Below, in pieces: positions 7,668-17,847 of a stretch of 57,240 bases of DNA; the stretch's first letter is position 1, and each line of letters begins with the position of its first letter. Source of the stretch: a virus (Duplodnaviria; Caudoviricetes); IMG/VR virus record IMGVR_UViG_3300046466_000088, positions 1-57,240 of that record. One strand, given 5' to 3'. Under the pieces are notes generated by a model. It made no database searches. It was not told the origin of the DNA and saw only the letters and a program-made list of their open reading frames with translations. Position numbers and translations under genes: made by a program.

Positions 7668-9162
7668 ACTAAGAGAGTTATACTTTCAAAAAGCAGTAAT
7701 ACAATCTAAAGATAGCTTTTTACATTTCATAGCTATGTTTGCACCTACCCTTGTACCTGATTGGATAATGGGTAGACATATACATCTTATAGCTGATAGA
7801 TTACAAAAAGTTGAAAGTGGAGAAATAAAAAGACTGATGGTGTTTCTTCCACCACGTTCTTCCAAGTCAGTAATATGTTCCAAGTTATTTCCTGCGTGGT
7901 ACGTAGGTAGACATCCACAACATGAGATATTAACTGTATCACACTCAGACCAATTAGCTTCAGACTTTGGTAGAAGTGTAAGAGACTTAGTAAACTTTGA
8001 TTTATTTAATACAGTATTTCCAGATGTAACATTACGTAGTGATGTACGAGCTGCAGGTAAATGGAAAACAAATCAAGGTGGAACTTATTATGCAGCAGGT
8101 GTTCGTAGTCAGATTGCAGGTCGTGGTGCCCATGTGGCAATACTAGATGACGTAATGTCTGAAGAAGACTCCTTTAGTGAAACAGGTAGACGATATGTAA
8201 AGGAATGGTACCCTTCAGGTTTACGTACACGTATTATGCCTAATGGTTCAATTGTAATTATTAATACACGTTATCATGAGGACGATTTATGTGGATGGTT
8301 ATTGAGACAAGAATCACAAATAGAATTAGAAAATAAATGGGAAGTAATAAAGATACCTGCATGGGTAGACGAATCTTCAAGTAAAATGCTGGACCTACCA
8401 ATAGGTTCAAGTTATTTTCCTGAGTGGAAGCCTACTAAAATACTCAAGAATGATGAAGAAGAAATAAAGGCAAGTAATGGCTCACGATATTGGGAGTCTC
8501 TTTATATGCAGAATCCTGTGCCTGATTCAGGTGGTATAATTAAAAAGAAATGGATTCAGTGGTGGGAGTATGATGAGCCACCTGCATGTGACTATATAAT
8601 ACAAACATATGATACTGCATTCTCTACAAAGACTACAGCAGACTTTAGTGTAATACAAACCTGGGGTATCTTTGAACATATGGAGACTGATTCAACAGGA
8701 AGAGAGAACTGGGTATCTAACTTAATACTATTAGGAAATGAAAAAGGTAGATTTGATTATCCAGCATTAAGAATGAAAGCACAAGAGTTATATGATTATC
8801 ATAAACCTGATGTGTGTATCATTGAAAAGAAAGCAAGTGGACAATCATTAATACAAGATTTAAGACGTGCAGGTTTACCTGTACTTGATTATATTCCTGA
8901 TAGAGATAAGACTGCTAGAGTGTACGCAGCAACACCAATGATGGAAGCAGGACGTGTATGGTTGCCTAAAGGTCATGATTGGAGTGATGACTTATATAGT
9001 GAAGCAATTACATTTCCAAATGCACGACATGATGACCAAGTAGATGCAATGACTATGGCAATACACTACATGAAAGAATCATGGAATTTAACTCATCCAG
9101 ATGACCCTGATTATGAAGAAGGTTATGAAAGAAAAAAAAGGGTTGCATACTGGAAGTTTTAA
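7639..9162 (+). CDS. terL: Terminase large subunit
   Basis: PPRSSKS Walker A, AILDD Walker B, C-terminal nuclease motifs YDTA, IEKKASG, HDDQVDA. Confidence 0.95.
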   Translation: MLQVNENLIKLRELYFQKAVIQSKDSFLHFIAMFAPTLVPDWIMGRHIHLIADRLQKVESGEIKRLMVFLPPRSSKSVICSKLFPAWYVGRHPQHEILTVSHSDQLASDFGRSVRDLVNFDLFNTVFPDVTLRSDVRAAGKWKTNQGGTYYAAGVRSQIAGRGAHVAILDDVMSEEDSFSETGRRYVKEWYPSGLRTRIMPNGSIVIINTRYHEDDLCGWLLRQESQIELENKWEVIKIPAWVDESSSKMLDLPIGSSYFPEWKPTKILKNDEEEIKASNGSRYWESLYMQNPVPDSGGIIKKKWIQWWEYDEPPACDYIIQTYDTAFSTKTTADFSVIQTWGIFEHMETDSTGRENWVSNLILLGNEKGRFDYPALRMKAQELYDYHKPDVCIIEKKASGQSLIQDLRRAGLPVLDYIPDRDKTARVYAATPMMEAGRVWLPKGHDWSDDLYSEAITFPNARHDDQVDAMTMAIHYMKESWNLTHPDDPDYEEGYERKKRVAYWKF

Positions 9163-9171
9163 GTATATAAT
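9143..9171 (+). promoter_or_regulatory. Sigma70-type promoter upstream of portal
   Basis: TTGCAT-17 bp-TATAAT. Confidence 0.55.
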
Positions 9172-9200
9172 ATTAGAATAATAACTGTGAAAGAAAATTT

Positions 9201-11594
9201 ATGCCAACTGAAAAAAATCCTTTTGATAAGATAAGTTCTAATACTGAGAATGAAGTAGAAGAAATAGAAACAGAGAATCAAGAAATACTTCCTGATGAAA
9301 GTGTAGCTATGATGGAAGATGGTTCAGCAGTAGTTGACCTAATGGGTAATCCTGCTATTATGCCTGAAGAAGGTATGCCAGGTGGACATTATGATAATTT
9401 AGTTCCAACTCTTGAGGAAGAACAGCTACAAGAGATTGGTGCTGAAGTATATGAAAAGTATCAATCAGATAAAGAATCAAGACAAGAATGGGAAGAAACT
9501 TTTCAAAGAGGTTTTGATTTACTAGGACTAAAACTAAAAGAAACTTCAGAACCATTTGAAGGTGCATGTACTGCAGTTCATCCACTCTTAATAGAGTCAG
9601 CAGTGAAGTTTCAATCTAAAGCTTCTCAGGAATTATTTCCTGCAGGTGGACCAGTTATGGCTCAGATAATTGGAACTGAGACTGAACAAAAACAACAACA
9701 AGCATCTCGTGTAAAACAGTTTATGAATTATCAATTAACTGATATGATGCCTGAATACTTTCATGAGTTTGAAAGAATGTTGTTTCACTTACCTATTATT
9801 GGTTCAGCATTTAAAAAAATTTATTATGATTCATCATTAGACAGACCATGTTCAGAGTTTGTTCCTATTGACCAGTTCTATGTGTCTTATCATGCTTCAG
9901 ATTTAATGAAGGCAGATAGATATACACATGTTATATTACGTAATCCAAATGACTTAGCAAAAGAAATTGCTGCAGGTGTTTATGAAGATTTAGATTTACC
10001 TGATGCACAACCAATAGAACAAACATCAATGTCAATGAAAGTTGACGAGATTATGGGCACAGCTATACCTGCTGACTCTGACCCTCAGTACGTTTTATTA
10101 GAACAACATTGTTATTTAGATTTAGATGATAGTGGTATTGGTTTACCTTATATTGTTACAGTTGAAGAAAGTTCACAAAAAGTTTTATCTATTAGAAGAA
10201 ACTATAATGAAGATGACCCTACCAAACAAAAGAAAATGTTCTTTACACATTATAAGTTTGTTCCAGGTTTTGGTTTCTATGGTTTAGGTTTAATACATTT
10301 CTTAGGTAATCTTACAATGACTGCAACTGCAGCTATGAGAAACTTAGTTGACTCAGGACAGTTTGCAACATTACCTGCAGGATTTAAAGCTAAAGGTGTT
10401 AAAGTTGTAGGTGATAATGAGCCTCTATCTCCTGGTGAGTTTAGAGATGTAGAAGCTACAGGTGTAGATTTAGCTAGAGCAATTGTACCTTTACCTTATA
10501 AAGAACCTTCTAATACTTTATATCAGATGTTAGGTTTTGTCGCAGGTGCAGGACAAAAGTTTGCTGATAGTACAGAACAAGTAATTAATGATTCAACTAA
10601 CTATGGTCCAGTTGGAACAACTATGGCATTGTTAGAAGCTTCAAGTAAATTTTTTAGTGCAATACATAAACGATTACATTATTCACAAAAAGAAGAATTT
10701 AAAATATTAGCAAGAATAAACTTTGAGTCATTACCTGACTCATATCCATACGAGGTTCCTGGTGCAAGTCCAACCATATTAAAGATGGACTTTGATGGTA
10801 AGATAGATGTCATTCCTGTAAGTGACCCTAACATACCTTCAAGTGCTCATAGATTAATGCTTTCACAGTTGGCTCTTCAGTTAGCCAGTCAAGCACCACC
10901 AGGAACTTATAATATACAGGCATTGCATAGAACAATATTACAAGCTGCAAATATGCCTAACTTGGAAGCTATACTTCCACCACAAATACAACCACAGGCA
11001 CTTGACCCTGTGTCAGATATACAAGCAGCAGTAAAAGGTATGCCAATAGCTGCCTTTCCTGGACAAGACCATATGGCACACATAACAGTTAAGTCTTCAT
11101 ATTTAACTGACCCAATGAATGGTGGTAGTCCTATTATGCAGAAAGTACAACCAGTGCTTGAAGCAAATATAAAAGAACATATGATTATGAGATACCAAGA
11201 ACAAATTAATGGGATGGTATCAGGAGTAGCTACTGACCCTGCAACATTACAACAAGTTCAGGCTCAAGCTGCACAACAGATTTCACAAGCCAACCAAGTA
11301 ATGGGTAAAACGGAAACACCTGAACAACAAATGGTTGAGCTTGAGAAAAAGAGATTAGAGATTGAGTCTGAAAAACTTGGTCTTGAGGCTCTACAAGAAG
11401 CTGCAAACTTAGCTGTTAAACAAAGAGAACTAACTCTTAAAGAAGAAGACCAAGGTATTAAAGCTTTAAAAGATGGTGCTCAAATAGCAGTTAAAAGAAC
11501 TGAAGGTGAAAAGAATCGTCAGTCTAAAATTGCAGGTCAAGCAATTAAAACTCTTGGTGACTTAGCTAAAGAAGAAATGAAAGGAGAAGACTAA
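9201..11594 (+). CDS. Portal protein
   Basis: Follows terL; 797 aa; GSAFKKIYYD and PGFGFYGLGLIH motifs; Q-rich coiled C-terminus as in P22-type portals. Confidence 0.9.
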   Translation: MPTEKNPFDKISSNTENEVEEIETENQEILPDESVAMMEDGSAVVDLMGNPAIMPEEGMPGGHYDNLVPTLEEEQLQEIGAEVYEKYQSDKESRQEWEETFQRGFDLLGLKLKETSEPFEGACTAVHPLLIESAVKFQSKASQELFPAGGPVMAQIIGTETEQKQQQASRVKQFMNYQLTDMMPEYFHEFERMLFHLPIIGSAFKKIYYDSSLDRPCSEFVPIDQFYVSYHASDLMKADRYTHVILRNPNDLAKEIAAGVYEDLDLPDAQPIEQTSMSMKVDEIMGTAIPADSDPQYVLLEQHCYLDLDDSGIGLPYIVTVEESSQKVLSIRRNYNEDDPTKQKKMFFTHYKFVPGFGFYGLGLIHFLGNLTMTATAAMRNLVDSGQFATLPAGFKAKGVKVVGDNEPLSPGEFRDVEATGVDLARAIVPLPYKEPSNTLYQMLGFVAGAGQKFADSTEQVINDSTNYGPVGTTMALLEASSKFFSAIHKRLHYSQKEEFKILARINFESLPDSYPYEVPGASPTILKMDFDGKIDVIPVSDPNIPSSAHRLMLSQLALQLASQAPPGTYNIQALHRTILQAANMPNLEAILPPQIQPQALDPVSDIQAAVKGMPIAAFPGQDHMAHITVKSSYLTDPMNGGSPIMQKVQPVLEANIKEHMIMRYQEQINGMVSGVATDPATLQQVQAQAAQQISQANQVMGKTETPEQQMVELEKKRLEIESEKLGLEALQEAANLAVKQRELTLKEEDQGIKALKDGAQIAVKRTEGEKNRQSKIAGQAIKTLGDLAKEEMKGED

Positions 11595-11731
11595 TGAGTG
11601 AAATAATTAAAGGTCCTAAACAAGGACAAGGTTATGGTGATTGGTCAAAGATACCTAGCACTGAATATTCAGTTCGTGCTAAAAAAGGTATACTTAGACA
11701 AGACCCACCTGATACTTATAAAGTTAAATAA
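11594..11731 (+). CDS. Small hypothetical protein (45 aa)
   Basis: Read manually: MSEIIKGPKQGQGYGDWSKIP...; TAATG coupling to portal. Confidence 0.5.
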   Translation: MSEIIKGPKQGQGYGDWSKIPSTEYSVRAKKGILRQDPPDTYKVK

Positions 11732-11736
11732 TAACT

Positions 11737-11943
11737 ATGATACATAAAATTATTTCTGAGATTGAGAAGGAATTAAATCTGGAAATAAGTCAAATTCAAA
11801 AATCATTAGGGGATGGTAATTGTGAAGACTATCCTCGTTATCAACAAATGGTAGGTTCAATTACTGGATTGAATATGGCTATAGCTATAACTAAAAATGT
11901 TTATAAAACTATGATTGATGGAGATGAAGATGAGAGTACCTAA
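11737..11943 (+). CDS. Conserved hypothetical protein preceding GroES-like gene
   Basis: L.DG...DY..YQ..VG...GL pattern. Confidence 0.65.
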   Translation: MIHKIISEIEKELNLEISQIQKSLGDGNCEDYPRYQQMVGSITGLNMAIAITKNVYKTMIDGDEDEST

Positions 11944-12346
11944 ACTAGAAAATGCTATTAAGAATAATGAATGGATTGAAGATGCAGAAAAACCTGACCC
12001 AGAAGTTTTACCTAGTCTGCCTGGCTACCATGTATTGGTTCGCCCTGTTTCGGTAAAAGGTAAAACTAAAGGTGGTTTATTATTACCTGACTCAGTTAAA
12101 AGTGATGTAGCTTATTTAACTACAGTAGGTAAAGTTTTATCAATAGGTGATTTAGCTTATGAAGATAAAGATAAATTTCCAAATGGTAAATGGTGTGACG
12201 TAGGAGACTACGTTTGTTATGGAAGACATGTAGGTCAAAAACTATATTATAAAGGTATAAGATTATTATTATTATTTGATGACCAAGTAATGATGAAAGT
12301 TGATGACCCTACTAATTTAGATATGACTTATAATCTAGCTAATTAA
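11915..12346 (+). CDS. groES: GroES-like co-chaperonin
   Basis: GYHVLVRP...KTKGGLLLPD...GKVLSIG...VGDYV...LLFDDQV; exact start uncertain. Confidence 0.85.
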   Translation: MMEMKMRVPKLENAIKNNEWIEDAEKPDPEVLPSLPGYHVLVRPVSVKGKTKGGLLLPDSVKSDVAYLTTVGKVLSIGDLAYEDKDKFPNGKWCDVGDYVCYGRHVGQKLYYKGIRLLLLFDDQVMMKVDDPTNLDMTYNLAN

Positions 12347-12347
12347 A

Positions 12348-12545
12348 ATGAAGTATAAATTAAAAGAGGCTTTTTTATCTCATGCAGATGGTCATATAAA
12401 AAAACATGTTGCTAATGTTGAAGTGTTATTAAATAATCCTAGAGGTATAGGTGAGCATGGAGATATTATAAGTGAGATTGAAAAAGAACTTGAAGAAGTT
12501 GCTAAGTATGAAGACTTAATAACAGTAATGAATAAATATTTTTAA
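12348..12545 (+). CDS. Conserved hypothetical protein
   Basis: NVEVLLNNP.GIGEH.DI motif. Confidence 0.7.
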   Translation: MKYKLKEAFLSHADGHIKKHVANVEVLLNNPRGIGEHGDIISEIEKELEEVAKYEDLITVMNKYF

Positions 12546-12555
12546 AGGAGGAGCT

Positions 12556-12678
12556 ATGTTATTAACTAAAAATATTGTAAAGTTTTCTGGCTTTTTAGTA
12601 AAGATACCAGATTCTATGAAAGGTGTTTGGGACGTTTCTGAAAATCGCTGGGGATATAGGAAGATTAACAATGACTAA
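12556..12678 (+). CDS. Small hypothetical protein (40 aa)
   Basis: AGGAGG RBS; MLLTKNIVKFSGFLVKIPDSMKGVWDVSENRWGYRKINND. Confidence 0.55.
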   Translation: MLLTKNIVKFSGFLVKIPDSMKGVWDVSENRWGYRKINND

Positions 12679-12928
12679 ATTATGTGCAAGGGGGAAAAAT
12701 GCTGCGAAACGTAAATTTAAAGTTTATCCTAGTGCGTATGCAAATGCGTATGCTTCTAAAATCTGTGCAGGAAAAATTAAAGACCCTAGTGGTCTCAAGC
12801 GAAAAGATTTTAAAGGTCCTAAAAAGAAAATGGCAGGGGGTAAAAGAGTGGGTAAGCCACAAGGTAAAATTGCTAAAGGTTGTGGTGCTGTTATGGCAAA
12901 TAGACGAAAACGAACTAAAATTACTTAG
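12671..12928 (+). CDS. Small basic protein
   Basis: MTKLCARGKNAAKRKFKVYPSAYAN; ATG at 12671. Confidence 0.7.
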   Translation: MTKLCARGKNAAKRKFKVYPSAYANAYASKICAGKIKDPSGLKRKDFKGPKKKMAGGKRVGKPQGKIAKGCGAVMANRRKRTKIT

Positions 12929-12974
12929 TGATAAATATAAAAAAGAAAAAGGCAAAAGACCTGAAGAGGTATAG

Positions 12975-13256
12975 ATGAAAAAGAAAAAAGGTGGTGGACT
13001 TAAAAAATGGTTTAAAGAAGACTGGGTAGATATATCTACTGGTAAACCATGTGGTCGTAAATCAGCTAGTAAATCAAAAAGAAAGTATCCTGTATGCAGA
13101 CCAAAGGCAGTTGCTAATAAAATGACTGCAGGACAAAAGTCTGCAGCAGTAAAAAGAAAAAGGGCAAAGACTAATGTAGGACCTAAACCAACTTCTATTA
13201 GGTACCCTATTAGTGCAAGTGGACGAAAACAAAAAGTAAAAACAAAAAGGGGATAA
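12975..13256 (+). CDS. Small basic protein
   Basis: GLKKWFKEDWVDI..GKPCGR...YPVCRP. Confidence 0.7.
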   Translation: MKKKKGGGLKKWFKEDWVDISTGKPCGRKSASKSKRKYPVCRPKAVANKMTAGQKSAAVKRKRAKTNVGPKPTSIRYPISASGRKQKVKTKRG

Positions 13257-13259
13257 AAT

Positions 13260-13727
13260 ATGATTGACCCATTCACAGCTTTTGCAGCTTTGAAGGGAGC
13301 TACAGAAGCTATATCAAGTGCAATAAAAACTGGAAGAGATTTATCAACTATGTCAAGTTCAGTTGCTAAATGGGCAAAAGCTGAAGCAGGTTTACAAGTT
13401 ATAACTTCAGAAAAACCTGGAGTTGTTTCTAAATTATTTGGTAAGCTAACTGGTGCTGAACAAAATGCAATTGATGCACATTTTAGAAAAGAAGAAGCAA
13501 ATAGACTACGTGATGAAATGCGAAGTATGTTTTTACTATATGGGTCTGCTGGTCAATGGGAAAGATTACAAAAAGAAATTGCAGTTGAAAGAAAAAGACA
13601 AGCTAATATATTAAAAGAAAAAATAAGAAAACAAAAATTAAAAAAAAATATTATAATAGGAGTAATTGCTGGAATATTAGGATTGGGTATTTTAACAATT
13701 GAATTTTATATAATTACCAATCTATAA
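13260..13727 (+). CDS. Coiled-coil protein with C-terminal TM segment
   Basis: MIDPFTAFAA N-terminus; hydrophobic C-terminus. Confidence 0.7.
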   Translation: MIDPFTAFAALKGATEAISSAIKTGRDLSTMSSSVAKWAKAEAGLQVITSEKPGVVSKLFGKLTGAEQNAIDAHFRKEEANRLRDEMRSMFLLYGSAGQWERLQKEIAVERKRQANILKEKIRKQKLKKNIIIGVIAGILGLGILTIEFYIITNL

Positions 13728-13737
13728 AGGAGTAAAA

Positions 13738-13860
13738 ATGAAAAAATCTAAAATGGGTTATGCTGGTGGCAAAAAAGTTAAGATGGGTTATGCTGGTGGC
13801 AAAAAAGTTAAGATGATGAAAGCTGGTGGTAAAGTTCCACTGATACATGGACCAAAATAA
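13738..13860 (+). CDS. 40-aa basic repeat peptide
   Basis: AAGGAG RBS; MKKSK-(MGYAGGKKVK)x2-MMKAGGKVPLIHGPK; perfect 30-bp tandem repeat at 13753-13812. Confidence 0.7.
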   Translation: MKKSKMGYAGGKKVKMGYAGGKKVKMMKAGGKVPLIHGPK

Positions 13861-13862
13861 AT

Positions 13863-14525
13863 ATGCCTCATCTTATATCCAATATACCTTTTTTTAGGTG
13901 TTGGGTAAGGAAGGAGTTTACTCATAATCATCAGGCTTATCATGGGGAATATCTACATGCATTAGCTATTGCAGTTAATTGTATGCCTGATAGATGTCTA
14001 AGTTTTCAAGTTGTATTTACAGGTTGTGAAGCTGAAGAACAAAATTTACATGGTGGTGCTATGTGGGCACGTATGCCAATAACAGGTTTGATAGGTGACA
14101 TACCTTTAGATGAATGGACACCACCTATTGAAACACATTTTGCTCAACCTTGGGATTGTCCTAGTCATAATCATAGTATTATAGTAATGGATAGAATTAG
14201 TTCAAGTCCTTGGATGTGTAAAGTAAATGGTGAATTTTATACTGGTAAATATTATTTTACAGTTGATTTCACTGATAGTGCAGTAGCAGATGACCCTGCA
14301 CAACATAAACAATCACATGTTTTACATTTAACATCTGGTCCATATAAAGGTGCAATGGTAGCTTTACCTAATAATAGAGTTAGAGTTACAAGTCCTGCAA
14401 TGTGGTCAGCAGGTGAAGGTGCTCCAGACTTTGTGCCTTCTCAATATAAACATACTGCTGAATCTCATGATGACTATATGGATGTAAATAAAACATTTGA
14501 TAATTTATATAATAAGGATAAATAA
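13863..14525 (+). CDS. Conserved hypothetical phage protein
   Basis: 220-aa ORF; HGGAMWARMPI, QPWDC, QHKQSHVL, PNNR. Confidence 0.75.
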   Translation: MPHLISNIPFFRCWVRKEFTHNHQAYHGEYLHALAIAVNCMPDRCLSFQVVFTGCEAEEQNLHGGAMWARMPITGLIGDIPLDEWTPPIETHFAQPWDCPSHNHSIIVMDRISSSPWMCKVNGEFYTGKYYFTVDFTDSAVADDPAQHKQSHVLHLTSGPYKGAMVALPNNRVRVTSPAMWSAGEGAPDFVPSQYKHTAESHDDYMDVNKTFDNLYNKDK

Positions 14526-14629
14526 TGAATAATAAAACATTAAAAGGTGTAATTGCTGGATTAAAAAAAGCATCAAGAACTCATGCAGCACAAGCTAAGA
14601 AATTAGAGAAAATGTTAAATAAAAAATAG
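14525..14629 (+). CDS. Small basic peptide (34 aa)
   Basis: MNNKTLKGVIAGLKKASRTHAAQAKKLEKMLNKK; TAATG coupling. Confidence 0.55.
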   Translation: MNNKTLKGVIAGLKKASRTHAAQAKKLEKMLNKK

Positions 14630-14633
14630 TGTC

Positions 14634-14662
14634 TTGTATGTTACACAATACTGTAGTATTAT
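14634..14662 (+). promoter_or_regulatory. Sigma70-type promoter upstream of scaffold/capsid operon
   Basis: TTGTAT-17 bp-TATTAT. Confidence 0.5.
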
Positions 14663-14713
14663 TATAACATTAAACTTTGCGTAATCGTTTGGTTCGCATC
14701 AACGGAGATAAAA

Positions 14714-15742
14714 ATGGAAGTAGATAAAAAGGAAGAATGGAGTGACATTGACACTTCACAACCTGAAACTAAAGAAGAAGACAAAGTAGACTTTGAGGTT
14801 GAAAACTCTTCAAAACCTGAAAAGGAAGAAAAAGTTGAAGCTGTAGTTGAAGAAAAACCTGTAGCTAAAACTAAAACTGAAACGAAGAAGGAAGATACTC
14901 AACCAGAGGAACAACCTGATGAAGCTAAAGACATTGAGTCTGAAAGAGCACAAAAAAGAATACGTCAGTTAGTTCGTCAAAGAAAAGAAAAGGAAGAAGA
15001 AGTTGCCAGACTTTTAGCTGATAAACAAGAACTTGAAAAAAGACTTACAGCAAATCAAAGTAATCAATTTGATTTAACTAAGACAAGTCTTGAGTCTCAA
15101 GAAAAAGGTTTAGAGAATCAACTTAATCTTGCTAAACAAAATTACTTAGATGCTTTTGAAAAAGATGACAAGAGTCAATTATTAAAAGCACAAGAAGCTT
15201 TAAATGAAGCACAGATTAATTTAAATAGTGTAAAAACAAATAAGGTTAATTTTGATAAAGATTACGAGAATTACCAGAACACAGTTAAACAACAGCCTGT
15301 TCAACAACCTCAACCTCAACAACCCCAATACGACCCTAAAGCAGTCGCATGGGCAGAAAAGAATGAGTGGTTTGGTCAAGACAAAATGATGACTGCTGCA
15401 GCACTAGCCTTAGATGCTCAGTTAAAAGAAGAAGGTTTTGACCCAGCAGATGATGACTTCTATGGAGAAGTTGATACTAGACTTAGAAAAACATTTCCAA
15501 CTAAGTTTGAAACATCTGAACAGGAAACTCAACAAGTTCGTCAGAAGGCTACGTCAAGTCCTTCCCAAGTGGTAGCAGGAACATCTCGCACTCCTGCTTC
15601 TAAAAAAATCAAACTATCTCAAGAAGATGTTAGATTAGCTAATAAATGGAATATACCACTAGACAAGTATGCGAAAGAAAAGTCTAAAATAGAGACTGGA
15701 GAAGAGTATACTACAATAACAACACAAATGCGTAGGAGTTAA
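14714..15742 (+). CDS. Putative capsid scaffolding protein
   Basis: Acidic N-terminus, long coiled coil, WAEKNEWFG; upstream of the MCP. Confidence 0.7.
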   Translation: MEVDKKEEWSDIDTSQPETKEEDKVDFEVENSSKPEKEEKVEAVVEEKPVAKTKTETKKEDTQPEEQPDEAKDIESERAQKRIRQLVRQRKEKEEEVARLLADKQELEKRLTANQSNQFDLTKTSLESQEKGLENQLNLAKQNYLDAFEKDDKSQLLKAQEALNEAQINLNSVKTNKVNFDKDYENYQNTVKQQPVQQPQPQQPQYDPKAVAWAEKNEWFGQDKMMTAAALALDAQLKEEGFDPADDDFYGEVDTRLRKTFPTKFETSEQETQQVRQKATSSPSQVVAGTSRTPASKKIKLSQEDVRLANKWNIPLDKYAKEKSKIETGEEYTTITTQMRRS

Positions 15743-15744
15743 AA

Positions 15745-16236
15745 ATGGCTATTAATAAAATAAAACGTAATGAAGAAACTAGACAAGCAACATCAAAAGA
15801 AGAAAATTATTCATTTGAAGATACTGGTCTATTAGATATACCTCAATCTGTAACTGATAAATTTGCAAATCAAGGCATGTCATTAAGATGGATTAGAATA
15901 GATTTAAATGGACAAGATGATTATAAAAATGTTGGTAAAAGACAACGTGAAGGTTGGACATTTGTCACACCTGATGAAGTCCCTGAACTAGGTTCTACAA
16001 CTGCTATCAAAGAAGGTGGCAGATATAATGGAGTCGTTTCCAGTGGTGATGTGGCATTAGCAAAAATGCCTACAAACAAAATGATAGCTAGGCAAGAGCA
16101 TTATATAAAAAAGCACCAACAACAAGAAGATTCATTAGATTCTACTTTACGTGCTCAATCTGATTCTCGTATGCCAATAACTAACTCAAGTAAATCAACA
16201 GTTACAAAAGGTCGTGAACCTCGTTTTCAACGATAG
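15745..16236 (+). CDS. Conserved head-module protein
   Basis: RWIR...REGW.FV motif; position between scaffold and capsid genes. Confidence 0.65.
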   Translation: MAINKIKRNEETRQATSKEENYSFEDTGLLDIPQSVTDKFANQGMSLRWIRIDLNGQDDYKNVGKRQREGWTFVTPDEVPELGSTTAIKEGGRYNGVVSSGDVALAKMPTNKMIARQEHYIKKHQQQEDSLDSTLRAQSDSRMPITNSSKSTVTKGREPRFQR

Positions 16237-16277
16237 TTTGTAATATATATTAATAATACTTACGAAGGAGATAACAA

Positions 16278-16859
16278 ATGAGTGCAAGTAAAGCATTATT
16301 TGGAATGGTCCCTTTAAGAAAAGTTGGTTCAGATACTAATTCTACTGGTCAATCTCAGTACGCAATTGCTAATGGATTAGCTTCTAATATCTTTCATGGA
16401 GACCTCGTAACGATTTCTGCTGGTAATATTACACCAGTAGCAACGACTACTGACTATGCTATAGGTGTTTTTATGGGATGTGAATATACAGACCCTACTA
16501 CAAAACAACCTACGTTTAGTCGTTACTTTCCTGCAAATACTTCAAGTGCTATTGGCAACCCAGTAGGATTTGTTTCTGATGACCCTTATGGTTCTTTTAT
16601 GATTCAAGCAGATGCATCAGTTACTGCAGGTGATATTAACTCGCAAAACTTTGCTGTGACTTTAGGTAGTGGTAGCACGATTACTGGTAATTCAGGTTTT
16701 GGTATTAAAGCTGCAAGTAGAGCAACTGCAACAAAAGCTGTAAGACCTATAGCATTAATTGATGAACCAGGCAATGCCTTAACAGGTACTGATGGTGCAT
16801 TCCCTAAACTTGAAGTCAAAATCGTCCAACACTGGATGAAACGTCAGGCAACAGCATAA
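16278..16859 (+). CDS. Putative capsid decoration or minor capsid protein
   Basis: G/T/A-rich; directly upstream of the MCP; strong RBS. Confidence 0.6.
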   Translation: MSASKALFGMVPLRKVGSDTNSTGQSQYAIANGLASNIFHGDLVTISAGNITPVATTTDYAIGVFMGCEYTDPTTKQPTFSRYFPANTSSAIGNPVGFVSDDPYGSFMIQADASVTAGDINSQNFAVTLGSGSTITGNSGFGIKAASRATATKAVRPIALIDEPGNALTGTDGAFPKLEVKIVQHWMKRQATA

Positions 16860-16877
16860 CATAGAAGGAGAAATAAT

Positions 16878-17786
16878 ATGGCTATAAATAGAGCAAGTAT
16901 TGCTAAACAACTTCTTCCAGGACTTAATGCTGTATTTGGTGTTGAGTATGGTGATGTCAATGACGAACATACACCCCTATTTGAAACTGAAAACTCAGAT
17001 AGGTCTTTTGAAGAAGAAGTGTTATTCACAGGATTTGGCACAGCTCCAGTAAAATCTGAAGGTGCTGCTGTTTCTTTTGATGACGCACAAGAATCGTTCA
17101 CAGCTAGATATAACCACGAAACAGTGGCTTTAGCTTTTTCAATCACTGAAGAAGCAATGGAAGATAATCTATATGATACTTTCGCTAAAGTTCGTTCTCG
17201 TGCACTAGCAAGAGCAATGGCTAACACAAAACAAGTAAAAGCAGCTACAATCTTTAACCAAGGTTTTGTTGCTGGTGACACTGCAATTGGAGATGGTCAA
17301 GCATTCTTCTCTGCGTCTCACCCTGTTGTTGGTGGTGGCACACAAAGTAACCTACTAGCTGCAGCAGATTTAGCTGAAGCAGCTTTGGAAACTGCATTAA
17401 TCGCAATTGATGGAACTAAAGATGACAGAGGTATCTTAATTGGTGCACAAGCTGTATCTTTACATATTCCATCTGACCTAAAATTTACTGCTGATAGGCT
17501 TCTAGCTTCTCCAGGTAAAGTTGGGTCTGCAAATAATGACATTAATGCAATCAGAAATATGGGAGTAATTCCTGATGGATATTATGTAAATAGAAGATTT
17601 ACAAATTCCAACGATTACTTCATTAAAACTGACGTACCTAATGGTACTAAAATGTTTGTTAGAGTTCCTCTACAAACTAAAATGGAACCAGATTTTGATA
17701 CTGGTAACGTCAGATTTAAAGCAAGAGAAAGATACTCTTTCGGTGTTTCTGACTGGAGAGGATTTTATGGTTCTCAAGGAGCCTAA
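16878..17786 (+). CDS. Major capsid protein
   Basis: 302 aa; LLPGLNAVFG.EY, ITEEA.EDNLY, DFDTGN.RFKARERYSFG.SDWRG; followed by a terminator. Confidence 0.9.
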   Translation: MAINRASIAKQLLPGLNAVFGVEYGDVNDEHTPLFETENSDRSFEEEVLFTGFGTAPVKSEGAAVSFDDAQESFTARYNHETVALAFSITEEAMEDNLYDTFAKVRSRALARAMANTKQVKAATIFNQGFVAGDTAIGDGQAFFSASHPVVGGGTQSNLLAAADLAEAALETALIAIDGTKDDRGILIGAQAVSLHIPSDLKFTADRLLASPGKVGSANNDINAIRNMGVIPDGYYVNRRFTNSNDYFIKTDVPNGTKMFVRVPLQTKMEPDFDTGNVRFKARERYSFGVSDWRGFYGSQGA

Positions 17787-17795
17787 TCCAAATTA

Positions 17796-17825
17796 TATAA
17801 GGGGTCTCATTAGAGACCCTTTATA
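17796..17825 (+). terminator. Hairpin terminator after the MCP
   Basis: GGGTCTC-ATTA-GAGACCC followed by TTTATACTTT. Confidence 0.65.
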
Positions 17826-17847
17826 CTTTATATAGAAGGAATTATAA

